A DNA stretch of 62,186 nt, filler included, from Globobulimina sp. (taxonomy: Eukaryota): the NCBI GenBank assembly GCA_003354225.1. It is 31 parts of 31 records of this genome, joined end to end, with 100 filler letters (N's around TTAATTAATTAA, not from the genome) between each part and the next. Parts side by side here need not be neighbours in the genome. Positions count along the whole stretch, not along the records: positions 38,189 to 40,097 come from PIVH01010686.1; positions 40,198 to 42,106 come from PIVH01010687.1; positions 42,207 to 44,115 come from PIVH01010688.1; positions 44,216 to 46,123 come from PIVH01010689.1; positions 46,224 to 48,131 come from PIVH01010690.1; positions 48,232 to 50,139 come from PIVH01010691.1; positions 50,240 to 52,147 come from PIVH01010692.1; positions 52,248 to 54,155 come from PIVH01010693.1; 23 more parts are not named here. The stretch is one strand, 5' to 3'. Position numbers and translations under genes: made by a program. Positions 38,253 through 52,638 of the stretch are shown in pieces (the first letter of the stretch is position 1; each line of letters opens with the position of its first letter). The notes under the pieces were generated by a model. That model searched no databases. It saw nothing but the letters and a program-made list of their open reading frames with translations, and was not told the origin of the DNA.

Positions 38253-39324
38253 TTATAAAACAACACAAAATGTCCGCTGATCCATATCTTGTTCATCTTT
38301 TCTACAAAGATTATGTGCGCACGTTTTAACGGCGAAATTATAGTTTCTTTGCATTCGTTTGGAAGTAGTAATTGCTTGATTTGTGGACTGAGAACATATG
38401 GAATCGCATGAGGTTAACTGCAATATTGTTGATTGTGTATGGATACATTTTCTCGCCAATTCAATGAATATAGATTGGATTTGTTTTTGTGAATCATTTT
38501 TCGCAGAAACCTCTCGAAAGAATTTCAATGGATTTACTAATTGCTGCGTAAATTTACCGCCTGCTTTTCTGGAAACAACTCGTTTTTGTGATAAATCGTT
38601 TTTGTTTCCCATGATTAATATAGGCACTTCACTACTATTTATGCTATTTTTTGCAAATAATCCAATCCATCCATTTAAATTTATTAACGATTCCTTATTT
38701 GTGACATCGTAGACTAAAATGAGTGCATCTAAACTGGAGAAGACTAACTCGTCGAAAAAACTTTGTTTTTCTACATTTTCCATATTTTCTGCAGTTTCTG
38801 CCTGTTCTGTTGCAGCTGATGAGGAGGAGGAGGATGAGGAATATCCATTGTTATTATTATTTGGCGGTTTATATATTCTACATTCTTCCATGGCTTCTTT
38901 GGCATCAAATTCATCAAAGAATGAGGCCAAATCAAGTTCTTTTTCTGCTGCAATATTGGGCAACAAACAAACATTGTGTTTGTCATTGTTGTTTTGGTTA
39001 ACATTCGTTTCTGAAGGAAGGGAAGGAAATGATTTTGGATGTTTTTTTGATTTAAGAGAGGATGGTATATCGTGGAGAGTGGATGGGATATTTATATCTG
39101 ATGGTAATATTCCAGTGGTATCCCATAGTTGTAATTGTATCACATATTTTTTATCACTGTCTTCGTCGTTACAATCAATTGTTATCTCTTCAGAAGTGGG
39201 CGAATGGTGATTGCCATCGGTTGGTGTGTAGTTAGCATTGAATGTGTTTTGTAACAATTTATGTACAATGGATGTTTTACCGGTTGATGCATCTCCAATT
39301 ACTACAAATTTTAATAGAATTTGT
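38253..39324 (-). CDS. Atypical Rab/Ras-like small GTPase with a large insertion and CAAX end (first exon uncertain)
   Basis: KFVVIGDASTGKTS, YTPT, LWDTTG, ILVYDVT, GNKND, EVSAK, C-terminal CVVL. Confidence 0.85.
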
Positions 39325-39734
39325 CTGTATATTTATCACATGAAAACATTTTAAAATAATTATTAAAAATCAATACTAAAACTTTGATATATAAAATACA
39401 TCAATGTACATCTTTGTTATGTTATTTTCTTCGTCATATCAACTCAATTGAATATATTATTTGCACTATACCTCTCATTTAAGGCCTTTTCGGTTAGAAA
39501 TGGCGTTTCTGTCAGCGGTGTGGTGGTCTGGATGGGTGAAAAATGGTTTAAACAAGACATTGTGTGCGCGAGTTGGAAACGAAGGTTTTCAGAAAAACAT
39601 ATTTCTAAAGTAAATGTTCATGTTTGTATACGAAATAAATATTATCGCATTCTATTGTACATAAAAATATTTCTCCTATAACATTGCCACACATTACACA
39701 AAAAAACAATATTTTTTATAATTAGGTACATGTT

Positions 39735-40097
39735 TTATTGCTCAAAATGAAATCCTCGTTCCCAAACATGCATATCCAAATGAACATGCTCTGGGATGGG
39801 ATTGCGATCTCTTAACAACTCATTGAACGAAGAAGAGATTTGTCCCCGATGATGCGTGTTGTGATTAACATACTGCGTTATGATAAAATGAATTGGCTGA
39901 GTTGCTTTTTTGCCGCCATGCGATGGATAAGACACCATTTCCGCAAATTTAGTCTCCTCATTTTGTTGCACATAATCAATAAATTTTTGCGCTTCGAAAT
40001 TTAGCATTTTATACAATTCATTCATCGATAATGGCTCTTTTAACTTGCTGGCAATGGCAAGGTCGTATTTTCCCTGAATTTCAGGAGGCCCCGCAAA
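39735..40097 (-). CDS. DinB/YfiT-family metalloprotein, C-terminal part
   Basis: IITQYVNHNTHHRGQISS signature. Confidence 0.8.
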   Translation of the reverse strand, partial: FAGPPEIQGKYDLAIASKLKEPLSMNELYKMLNFEAQKFIDYVQQNEETKFAEMVSYPSHGGKKATQPIHFIITQYVNHNTHHRGQISSSFNELLRDRNPIPEHVHLDMHVWERGFHFEQ

Positions 40098-40198
40098 NNN
40101 NNNNNNNNNNNNNNNNNNNNNNNNNNNNNNNNNNNNNNNNNTTAATTAATTAANNNNNNNNNNNNNNNNNNNNNNNNNNNNNNNNNNNNNNNNNNNNA

Positions 40199-41974
40199 CC
40201 CAGTCAGGCGCCCAGTGCATCCCCCACGGCTTCACCCAGTACATCCCCCACGGCATCACCAAGTGCATCACCAAGTGCATCACCAAGTGCATCACCAAGT
40301 GCATCACCAAGTGCATCACCCAGTGCATCACCCAGTGCATCACCCAGTGCATCACCCAGTGCATCACCCACGGCACCACCAACAGAGGCAACAGCCACAA
40401 CAGCCACAAATGATCGCATTAGATCTCCCATCCCGCCGTCCGATTTAGACACAGCTGACATACCAATGTTTTTAACCATAACTATCGATGATGCATTGCA
40501 CGAAGAAGCCCACACAAAAACGCAGCAAATAATGTATCACGTAAACCGAAACAACCAGCAAATCCCCTTAGTTTATTATATTAGCAACGAGTACTCGGAT
40601 TATTCCAAAATACAACATCAGTACTTACTGGGCTGCGAAATAGCGACCCACACAGTTACACATACCACGAACGTCGCCACTGATATTACAAAATGGTATC
40701 ACGAGATTGTAACGTCGCGAGAATTGATAGCGACTCATGCCGACATTCCAATCGATGAAATCGTTGGGTTCCGGGCTCCATTCCTGCAACAATCGGATAA
40801 TATGTTACACGGTGTGGACCCGTGTTACACGGTGTGGACCCGCCGTATTTATACGATTCGTCCAGCAGCGGCAGATTAGGTGATGATGATTTATTCGATT
40901 GGCCGTATACGCGCGATAATTATGAGCCAGATATGATCTACGATGTTGGTGAGGGACCGCAAGAGTCGTATCCAGGGCTTTGGGAGATGCCAATGTATTA
41001 TTTGTACTCTGATATTGCAAATAAACAATACTTTAACATTATGGACTATACCGGTGATTATGCGTTATTGTTAGCGAGTTTTAAGGCTAGTTTTCTTCAC
41101 CGATACAATACGAATAGAGCGCCAATGGGGTTATACTTTCATGCTTCGTGGTTCTATACAGGTTTGTCGCCACAATAAGTTTGTACCATTTGTTAAGTTT
41201 TTCTATACGTATACGTATACAGCGGAGCATGTTGATGCTTTAAATGACTTTATTGCGTGGGTGCTTTTATTGGACGATACGTGGATTGTGACCAACAAAG
41301 AAGTGATTAAATGGATAAATAATCCAGTGAGCAATGCCCAATATTCTTTCGAAAACCAGAATGGATTAACCAACGGCAAAACTGATTTTCTATTTTGTTC
41401 GTATCTCGAAGGTATATTTGCGACGGTTCTCGAGCAATGTCCGGAGACCAATCCACATTTACTGTCATGGGATGCCTCGCAATTAATTACCACCGACATC
41501 CTCATTACAACCGATGCAGATAATATCCTAACCACCGCAACAGATATTTGTGAAAACGATGATTATGCGATTTATGACAGCACTTTAATTTATTGTGACG
41601 GTACCAATGAAGTTACAGTGGTTCGGTACGATGACGCCGTGTATGAATGTCAATGGTGGACCATGGCAAACACGCCGGGTACCAGTGGGGCGTGGCTGTT
41701 GCAGCAGGATTGTATTGTGTTAAGTGAGTCTTTCGTGAAAGGCAGTATCTCGCCATATGGCAATACGGCGCATGTGTTCCTCGGTGGTGAGTTACAGATC
41801 GATATAGAAGCGTTTGTGGGATATACACTCGATCCGATTTCTGTGACAGTCGATAATGTTGAATATGATTTAACAATATTTGATGATTATCAATTGATTG
41901 GGAGCCAGAGCTTAATAATTAGATTTAGTGAAATCACGGAACCCGAGTATCAAATTGAAATTTCATTCACGTGA
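40199..41974 (+). CDS. CE4 chitin deacetylase-like protein with an N-terminal SPSA stalk and a CBM5/12-like chitin-binding module; frameshifted at 40803-40842
   Basis: TIDDA, EIATHTVTH, GFRAPFLQ, YDSS, GLWEMP, RYNTNRAPMGLYFH. Intron 41162-41222. VRYDDAVYECQWWT..PG..W. Confidence 0.85.
40211..40380 (+). repeat. 12-bp coding tandem repeat (gcatcaccMagt) encoding ASPS
   Basis: About 13-14 near-perfect units, in frame with the deacetylase. Confidence 0.9.
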
Positions 41975-42206
41975 ATTGTTTAAAAATATATTATATTTTT
42001 TGTTCAAAATATTTTTTCTTTCTTAGTATTTTTAGTATTTTATAAGATCTTATTTTTTTTCTTTTTTGTACTTCTTTGTAAAATGAAGCTCTTTTTCTAG
42101 TTTTTTNNNNNNNNNNNNNNNNNNNNNNNNNNNNNNNNNNNNNNNNNNNNTTAATTAATTAANNNNNNNNNNNNNNNNNNNNNNNNNNNNNNNNNNNNNN
42201 NNNNNN

Positions 42207-42452
42207 TGAAATATTTCGATAAATAAATCAATAATTTTCACATAATAATTTGGATATGATCTAATTTTTTCGCCGCTAAATATCTTATTTTTATTTAAAT
42301 CAAATATATACTGAATTGTATTATTGTTTTACTTTCAATTTGAAATATTTCGATAAATAAATCAATAATTTTCACATAATAATTTGGATATGATCTAATT
42401 TTTTCACCGCTAAATATCTTATTTTTATTTAAATCAAATATATACTGAATTG
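42207..42452. repeat. 112-bp direct repeat, period 134 bp, one mismatch
   Basis: 42207-42318 matches 42341-42452. Confidence 0.9.
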
Positions 42453-42691
42453 CATTATTTTCATCGTCCAGTACATGATTTAAGTCTCTCAAATAATATG
42501 TGGTGTCAATTATTGCTTTATAATCATTACTTTGAGGCGATTTATTGGATATATGTCGTTTTTTTAAATTATATATCTCAAAAATATCATTAATTTGATA
42601 GTAATATACCTGGTTATCATAGATTATATCAAATTTGTTTATCCTCCTATTATTTACTAATCGTCTCCTTATTTTTCTTTGTCTTAATTTA

Positions 42692-44115
42692 TTATTTAAT
42701 AGCCATGATTGTAATGATCATGTTTTTCAATGTTATATCAAATCCATTGTATATTTTCTTATATTCTTTAATCATTGCTTTATAATTCATATTCTTTATT
42801 CGATTGATCCCAAATAATATATGGATTATGGCTCCTGTGGTTGTTGTATATACTCCTATCATTTTTCTTAATGCGTACGATAGCCATTTTTCGTATTTAC
42901 TTATTTGTAATTCATTCATTTTTATGATTGCGAGACCGTAAATTTTCATTCGGGACATGATAATTGATATTTTTGTTCTTATGCTTGCAATTTGTGTAAT
43001 ACTGTGTGGTAATGATAGAATGCCACCATACGATGCGGATATTACTCTATTTATGTGGGGTTCCCATACAAATTGCTTTTTTTTCTCATTAAATTGGATA
43101 TCCAATCCTAAATATTTGAATTTTTCTTGTTTTGGGAGCACTTTTAATTTTTCTCCATCGATTGTTATCTCAATTTTGTTATTTTCATATAATTCGTATT
43201 CATTTTGTTTCAAATACATTACGGATTATTACGGATTTGGCAATTTTTATTCTGGCACCAATAGGTCTCAATTCTTCAACTATAAATGATTAATATTTAT
43301 ATTTAAATGATATAATGATACTGCCATTAATAGTGCATCGTCGACATATATATATGCAAATATTGTTGAAATTATTTTAATATTTGTTTGCCAATTCTCG
43401 TGGTCCAAATTCAGATTTTTTTTACTTGTTTGACATAATCATTCGGTATATGTGATATATTATATGTCTTATTATCAATTATATTCTCACCTAATTTCAA
43501 TGGAATTATGGCACCGCTCAATTTATTTTCGCCATTCTTCAATGGTTGACTTGTTTGTATTGAATAATCAGGCATTGATAGCGTAGCTCCTTGGCTTATT
43601 CCACATTTTTGTTGGATACATCCAACTTTTTTCTTATTGACGTGGACCAGTAAAAAGTTATTATTTTCAACATCCTTTTTTATTCGATATATTCTTCTAT
43701 CTATACCTGGCTGTTCATGGTATGATTGTGCCCTTAATACAACTGGCATTACTCTGTCAAATGCTTTATCAAAATCAATTAATCCAATTGCTATGGCCAT
43801 GATTGAGCAATTCCACATTGATTTCGATTGTTAATCTAAATGATATTAATTGTGTTAATGTACCTTTTTCGCAATGTTGTATTTGAGGGACATTCTTGCC
43901 TTCATTTATTATATCGGTTATAAATGCTTCTAATAACGCACGGTCCTTTGCTACAGCTCTTATGCATCTATATTCATATTTTTTCTTTTTCAATGTCACC
44001 AATTTTGATATTTTCATTTTATTTGGGATAGATCCATGATTTAATACCAAATATAACATTGTTGCATCACATTCATCATCTAATAATTTGGCTAAATCCC
44101 ATTTTATTAAATCGA
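42692..44115 (-). mobile_element. Degenerate, divergent non-LTR retrotransposon RT with several frameshifts
   Basis: YRCI, IDFDKAFDRV, GISQGATLS, YIYVDD (about 43335-43355, in a frame missing from the ORF track), FKYLG..WEPHI. Confidence 0.85.
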
Positions 44116-44215
44116 NNNNNNNNNNNNNNNNNNNNNNNNNNNNNNNNNNNNNNNNNNNNTTAATTAATTAANNNNNNNNNNNNNNNNNNNNNNNNNNNNN
44201 NNNNNNNNNNNNNNN

Positions 44216-46123
<1,908 letters not shown>

Positions 46124-46223
46124 NNNNNNNNNNNNNNNNNNNNNNNNNNNNNNNNNNNNNNNNNNNNTTAATTAATTAANNNNNNNNNNNNNNNNNNNNN
46201 NNNNNNNNNNNNNNNNNNNNNNN

Positions 46224-47578
46224 GTACCTATGACGATGTTCACATTGTATTTACAAGCGGCTGCAATGGATATCAAAACTGGCAATCTGAAACACTTTTA
46301 TATTCATGGGCTCGCATCAAACATCCTGGAAGAATTACTCGTATCGTTGCTGGTATATATATATAAATTTAACCCATTATCTTTCTTATTTACATTTATA
46401 TTGTTTATAAAGGATGCAACTCAGAGGAAGAAAAGTTGTTAGCCAATAAAACAGCAGTCCCAAACGAAAATAACCGCATTTTATTCTACTTTGTTCCGGA
46501 TTACACCCCCACAGAAAAGGACAGTTTAGGCGTAAAATCTGGACATCGCCCTTTCATATATTTCAACAAACCCTATGGAATGAACCGATGGATAACGGAG
46601 GAGTTTGACAATATTTATGAAAATGTCATCGTATTAATCGATCCGGATATGATTATTTTGCGTCCATTCTTATTTCATATTGAAAGTGAAGCGCAAAAAT
46701 GGGCTGAATGGCAGCATAAATACACCAAAGACGACTTTAATGGGCAAGACAGAGATATGTTTGTCGTGGAAGGACATCCAGTCTCTCAAAAATATGGAAT
46801 TGGCGCAAAATGGGTGAAATGGAAAGGTTTTTGCGATGAGCTGCCGGCGTGTCATCCAACGGACAGAGAAGCATGGAAATTTTATTCGATTGGACCGCCA
46901 TATATTATGCATAAAAATGATTGGCGCAAAGTCAGCGGGAAATGGGTGGAATACTCTCCGTTAGCTTTGCAATATGAACCACAGCCGTCCATATTGGCAG
47001 AGATGTATTCTTATGTGATTGCCTGTGCTTATTTTGATTTGAAACATCAATATTTGTTCAGTATGTTAAGCGACCCGACGTCCAGTGCTCATATGGAGAA
47101 TGTGGAGAATTTAAATTGGGGATTTGTGCAAGCCACTGATGCGGATATTAATTATCACGAATTTCATATTTTACATTTTTGTCAAGGTTTTTGGTTGGGA
47201 CAGTCTCGAAATGAGGGCACGATAAGGAATGGCGGGTGGAACTTTCATAAAGGACATGTACCGCAGGATATATTGTATGATTGTGAAATACCGCTATTTA
47301 CATTATTAGATGACGCCGACGAGGAATTGATACAAATGTTTAAGAATAGGGATGTTTCCAAAGATAACCGACATTATTGGATGTTGTATCATATTTATAG
47401 GTATATTGATGAAGCTGTGCTGAATTACAGATTGAAATATTGTCAACAAGATGATGAGAAAAATAGTTTGGAATATAAATTAGTATTACAACAACCGGAG
47501 GCGGATAAGGAAACACATAGGAGAATGAATTATGTATTGGGTGAGTACAAAAGTAAAAAATCATGGAGAGGACATTAA
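46224..47578 (+). CDS. Peptidyl-serine alpha-galactosyltransferase / Hyp-arabinosyltransferase-like (GT96/GT95), 5' truncated
   Basis: CNGYQNWQ..HPGRITRIVAGC (across intron 46353-46412), NKPYG, IDPDMI, GPPYIMH, AEMYSY. Confidence 0.8.
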
Positions 47579-47696
47579 TGACTCTTGTTCGAAATAACTT
47601 GCAGCCATAAATCATGTTGTCAAAAATAACAAAAAAACCAAGCTTTAATTTAATTTGAATGTTTTCTCAGAGACACAGACACAAAAAGTTGCAATA

Positions 47697-48131
47697 ATGT
47701 CACTGTGTTTCTCTTCCAGAAGTTTCTTGAAAATTCATAAGGTAAAATCATGTGTGTTATCATCATCAGCATTATGTCAACTGTATGAAAAATATTATTC
47801 ACAAAGAATTATTCAAAGCAAATTATCGGAAATTCGATCAAAAATAAAAGATAAAGAATACGACGATACATTTGAATTTGACAAAGAAAATTATTTGCAA
47901 AGATACAATTTAAATCCAAGCAAATTGTTGCTGGAGAAACATCCGATTTTATTAAATAAGCGCTCATTGACTGACATTAAAAATTTATTATATTTATTGG
48001 ATAAAAGATGCGGTTTTAATGATGATACAATGATGAACATTTATAAAAAATATCCATTAATTATTGAGTTACATCCAAATGATGTTATAAAATGTTTAAA
48101 TAAATTTAAAAATTTAGGATTTAATAATTAT
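47697..48131 (+). CDS. Possible mTERF-like mitochondrial protein, N-terminal part
   Basis: Ser/Arg/Lys-rich presequence; LLEKHPILL and IYKKYPLII...LGF repeats. Confidence 0.45.
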
Positions 48132-48231
48132 NNNNNNNNNNNNNNNNNNNNNNNNNNNNNNNNNNNNNNNNNNNNTTAATTAATTAANNNNNNNNNNNNN
48201 NNNNNNNNNNNNNNNNNNNNNNNNNNNNNNN

Positions 48232-50139
48232 GTTATTTATTTTAAGAAAACAACCAATCGAATGTTTGACGATGATAAGTATATTCGGGATATTTTAAAT
48301 GAATTGGTTGATAATTTAGGATTATTAAAGACAAAAATTACAATTTGCAATAAAACGACAATTAACAATACATTGCAAGCCATTGCCAATTGATATAACC
48401 ACAAAAAACAATGCGTATAAGATATTTGATAAGAAATTAAATATTTATATTAAAAATATACAAAATTACCATCAAAAATACAAAAAGAAGCTATTAAATG
48501 ATTTGAACGTTAATTCAATTTAATTCATTTAAATTAGAAAATCTCGTATTTGTTGAGTTAGATAAAAATATGGGATTAGAGATTATGACAAAATCAAATT
48601 TATTCGAAGAAACCTACAAATTATTAGACGGTAAGAATTTTATTTTATTGTCGAACGAAGAATGGGAAGTAAGCGAATTTATTATGACAAAAATATTCAA
48701 ATTTTACCATGATTTTATGGATAAATATAATAAAACATGGCATATTGACGAGGAACCCGGTTATTGGCCATTTATTAACGGTTTATTTGACATTATTAAC
48801 AACAAAACCTATCCAAAAGTAGCCGTCATTGGTGCACTCCACAAAATACATAAAGGCCGACCATTTTCGTGGCGACCCGTACTTTGTTTAGGTAGCCATC
48901 CTTCAAATTTCTTTCAAACAGTTTTAAACAAGAAACTAAATGGATATCTTGCAATTTTTCGCTTTCACACAAATTATAACATAATTTTAGAGAATTCATA
49001 CCAACTTAAAAATAATTTGAATCACATCAAAGAAAATTACAAATTTATTAATCATGAAATCATCCAAAGAGCCAGCGATGTATCAAAATTATATGAATCA
49101 TTAGGTTTATGTGACATTGTTACCGCAGTTCAATGGCTGATGGATTTTATTAAAATAAATAAGAATTTTCAAAATGGTGTTATTGATATTATTTATATGG
49201 TATTTAAGCTCACTTTTATTCATTTTCATGGCAAATTATGCAAATTAAACGAAGTTGTTGCAACCGGTTGGATTATTTCACCCAACATTGCAAATACGTG
49301 CTTATTATTTATTGAATTTAAAACGAGAAAAAATTGGATATGCAAATTATTTGAAAATAAATTAAGTTCAATTAAAATCAAAAGCAATCAACATCTTACT
49401 CGAACGGCGTTATATTGACGATGTATATGAATTATTTGAATTGAATATAGATATTTTGGATGCCGTTGATATTAATTTAATTAAAGAGACATTAAAATTA
49501 GATCAAGGCTCAAGATATGACGTTGATTACATTGATTCAAATATTATTTTAAAATGTGAATTGAAATACAATGTGATTTTTTTAGATCTAGTCATCAAAT
49601 TAAATGAAGTGAGTCATCAAATTACCACAGAAATCCATTATAAAAAAGGAAAATTAAACACATTGTTAGATAATAAATCGAATAATTCTTTGGACCATTT
49701 CCAAGGAGTATACTCATCAGAATCTTTTAGATCGATTGTATTAAATGATGATGAGATTGACCATAGATTATCACATCACAATTTATTGTGTAAATTACGA
49801 GAAAGAGGCTGGCATTCCGCCAAAATTAGATTAAATAAAAGCAAATTTAAATTAATTTATAATCAAAGACTTGAATATTTAAAGAAAATCAATCAAAAAT
49901 TCAAAGATAAACAAGAAAAATTAATAATTAAATTTATCGATAATTCAGATGAACCATTTGAATTTATTGGAGAAAGAAATTTATTATTTTTAACAAAAAA
50001 ACATAAAAATAATGATGAAGACAAAGTTATTTATTTTAAGAAAACAACCAATCGAATGTTTGACGATGATAAGTATATTCGGGATATTTTAAATGAATTG
50101 GTTGATAATTTAGGATTATTAAAGACAAAAATTACAATT
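48232..50139 (+). mobile_element. Penelope-like retroelement RT (frameshifted) bounded by 114-bp direct repeats
   Basis: LDKNMG (DKG-like), LHKIHK..WRPVL, SDVSKLYESL, ISPNIAN, RYIDD (49408-49422, shifted frame), IFLDLVI, LRERGW. 48232-48345 is identical to 50026-50139. Confidence 0.85.
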
Positions 50140-50239
50140 NNNNNNNNNNNNNNNNNNNNNNNNNNNNNNNNNNNNNNNNNNNNTTAATTAATTAANNNNN
50201 NNNNNNNNNNNNNNNNNNNNNNNNNNNNNNNNNNNNNNN

Positions 50240-52147
50240 TGCGATAAACGATTGCTTAAATACGAGACAAAATCGCCACTCTCACAATGATAGCAACAGA
50301 TTATTTTACTCTGTGTCGAGATTGAGAGCATAACACCGAATGTGGAATAATATTTATCCAAGAAACCTGCTAATTTTTTATTTGCATTATTGGCGCTTTC
50401 ATCATATTGCAACAACTGCGATTTCTCTATGATTTTCTCCGTAAAATGATTGATAATAATCGATAATAAATTGGATGGATGGGAGGAATTTATGTTATAT
50501 TTTCTGTAATAGGATGCGGTGTATTTATCTGCGTTGATTGGATAGGAAGCACATAATCCATATAAAAATTTGCAAATCGATAGTAAAATTATTTCATCCT
50601 TGCATAGATCCATACAAATTGAGACTTGTTTAAACATAAAATTGCTGCACCATTCTTCATTATTTTCTTTGTCTGCGTCTTGTTTTAATAATATGTCGCG
50701 AAATGCATTCGGTTTAAATTTAATTAAATGTGTAAAAAATGTAAAAATTGAAGCGGTTAATTGCCATTCTTTATGTATGGCACATTGTGATAGTAAATCC
50801 ATTACATATTTAATACAATTTTCTTGCATTAAATTAATAACAAAGGACATATTAATATTAGTATTATCATGCAATACCACATTAAATATGTCCAATACAG
50901 ATATTGCAGATTCCAAACATTGTAAATTGCCTTCACTTTGCGTCCATGAATAATTTAAACAAATATCCGATTTAAAATAGGATGGCACATTTAATAATTT
51001 TATATGTTCAAAATATCGATTTTTATATTCCTTTGAATGTAATAAATATCGGAATCGCGCAAAATGCATCGCTTCAAATGCAACATTTTTGAATTTATCT
51101 CTGGTGAAATTGCAAATTATTAACGTTTTTAATAAATGACAAACTGACTTAAAGTATGCTGCATTACCGGTGACCTCATGCAATAATTTGGTAATATCAA
51201 TGTTTTTATTTATTGTGTCAAATACATATTTATTCATTAAACATTGTAAATCTTCATTCGATTCACTTTCATCCTCATCCTCTCTCTTTTTATCATCATC
51301 TCCATCCACAACGACAACCCTCTTTCTATTCCCATTATTTTTCAAATACAAATTTAATATTAATCGCAAACAATCCATGCTATATATTCGAACCAACGAC
51401 GATGACGACCTCTGTATGGCATCAAACATATAATCAATAAATTCTTTATTTTTGCAAAGTATTAATTTCAGCGACGATGTGTCAGTATCACTGTTATCTG
51501 ACGATTGTAATAAGGATGCAAATACTGAAAAAGTCAGTGATTTCCCTAAACATTCTCTGTCTGATAATAACCGAATTAGACACGACAAATGCTTGTGATG
51601 CGCGTATATTTCTTGTGTGTCTGTATAAAAATATATTATTTCTTGGGTTGAATGCGTGGATATGGATATATCCACTTTGTATACCAAACATTGTAACGAC
51701 TGCTGGTGCAAAACCAACAAAATGGGGTTGTTTGACAGAGTGCAAATCGACGCGTCAAAAATAAAAGAAATGCAGCCCCATTGAACCAGTGCCTCAGTGA
51801 TCGCACTTATTCTCGTAAAGGTAAGTAAAGCAAATATACACATTTTACATAATCATAACAATTTTAGCATGCATTTCCGTGCTAATATGAAACAAACGCA
51901 CTTATGATGCACATTGACATAGAACATACCGGAAATAAAGTGTTCGAGCATGAAATCCAAGCAAATCAACGCCGTTTTAAATTGATTTTTATGTGCAAAT
52001 GAGTTTGGTGTCTTGTTTCTGGAACAAATATCTAATATCAAAGGCATTAAAATAGAAAGATATTTATCCACAAATAGTTGATTGGCAGTGATGGAGATAG
52101 TTTGTGTCAATATGGATAATAAGCATTTCAATGCAAACTGTAACCGA
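50240..52147 (-). CDS. Large alpha-solenoid (ARM/HEAT-like) protein, internal fragment
   Basis: Two long helical Leu/Cys-rich ORFs separated by a probable intron at about 51811-51929. Confidence 0.55.
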
Positions 52148-52638
52148 NNNNNNNNNNNNNNNNNNNNNNNNNNNNNNNNNNNNNNNNNNNNTTAATTAAT
52201 TAANNNNNNNNNNNNNNNNNNNNNNNNNNNNNNNNNNNNNNNNNNNNATATTAAGATTATACCAATACCATTTTTTATAATTACAATAATTTATCCTTGC
52301 ACTCTTAAACTTTTTACTCACAATGCACTATAGCTCTGCGTAGAAACGGGAAAATAATTATTATTGATTTCTTAGTGTTTTGAAGAAGAAGAAGTGATAA
52401 TATAAGATGGCGAGATACCACTGTCATATCAAAACGGAGTTGAAACTGGCAAGAAGGTGATAACACTGTTTTTAAGATTTTCACGAAGACTTAGTGAGCT
52501 CTAAATTATCCTGTTGCTTGTTCTAAATTCATCGGAAAAAAAACCAAACTGAAAAAAAAAGTCGCTTTACAAAACTACATTTTCCACTTTCCAGACGTTG
52601 GGCATAGACGTTGGACATACATACATCTATTAAAAACA

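Noticed and set aside
40146-40515. VMHW, GDAL and HHQV repeat ORFs
   Set aside because: They are alternative frames of the 12-bp ASPS repeat that is in frame with the deacetylase.
48346-48570. Hammerhead ribozyme expected in Penelope-like repeats
   Set aside because: No CTGANGA...GAAA core with flanking stems was seen by eye; a covariance-model search would be needed to exclude it.
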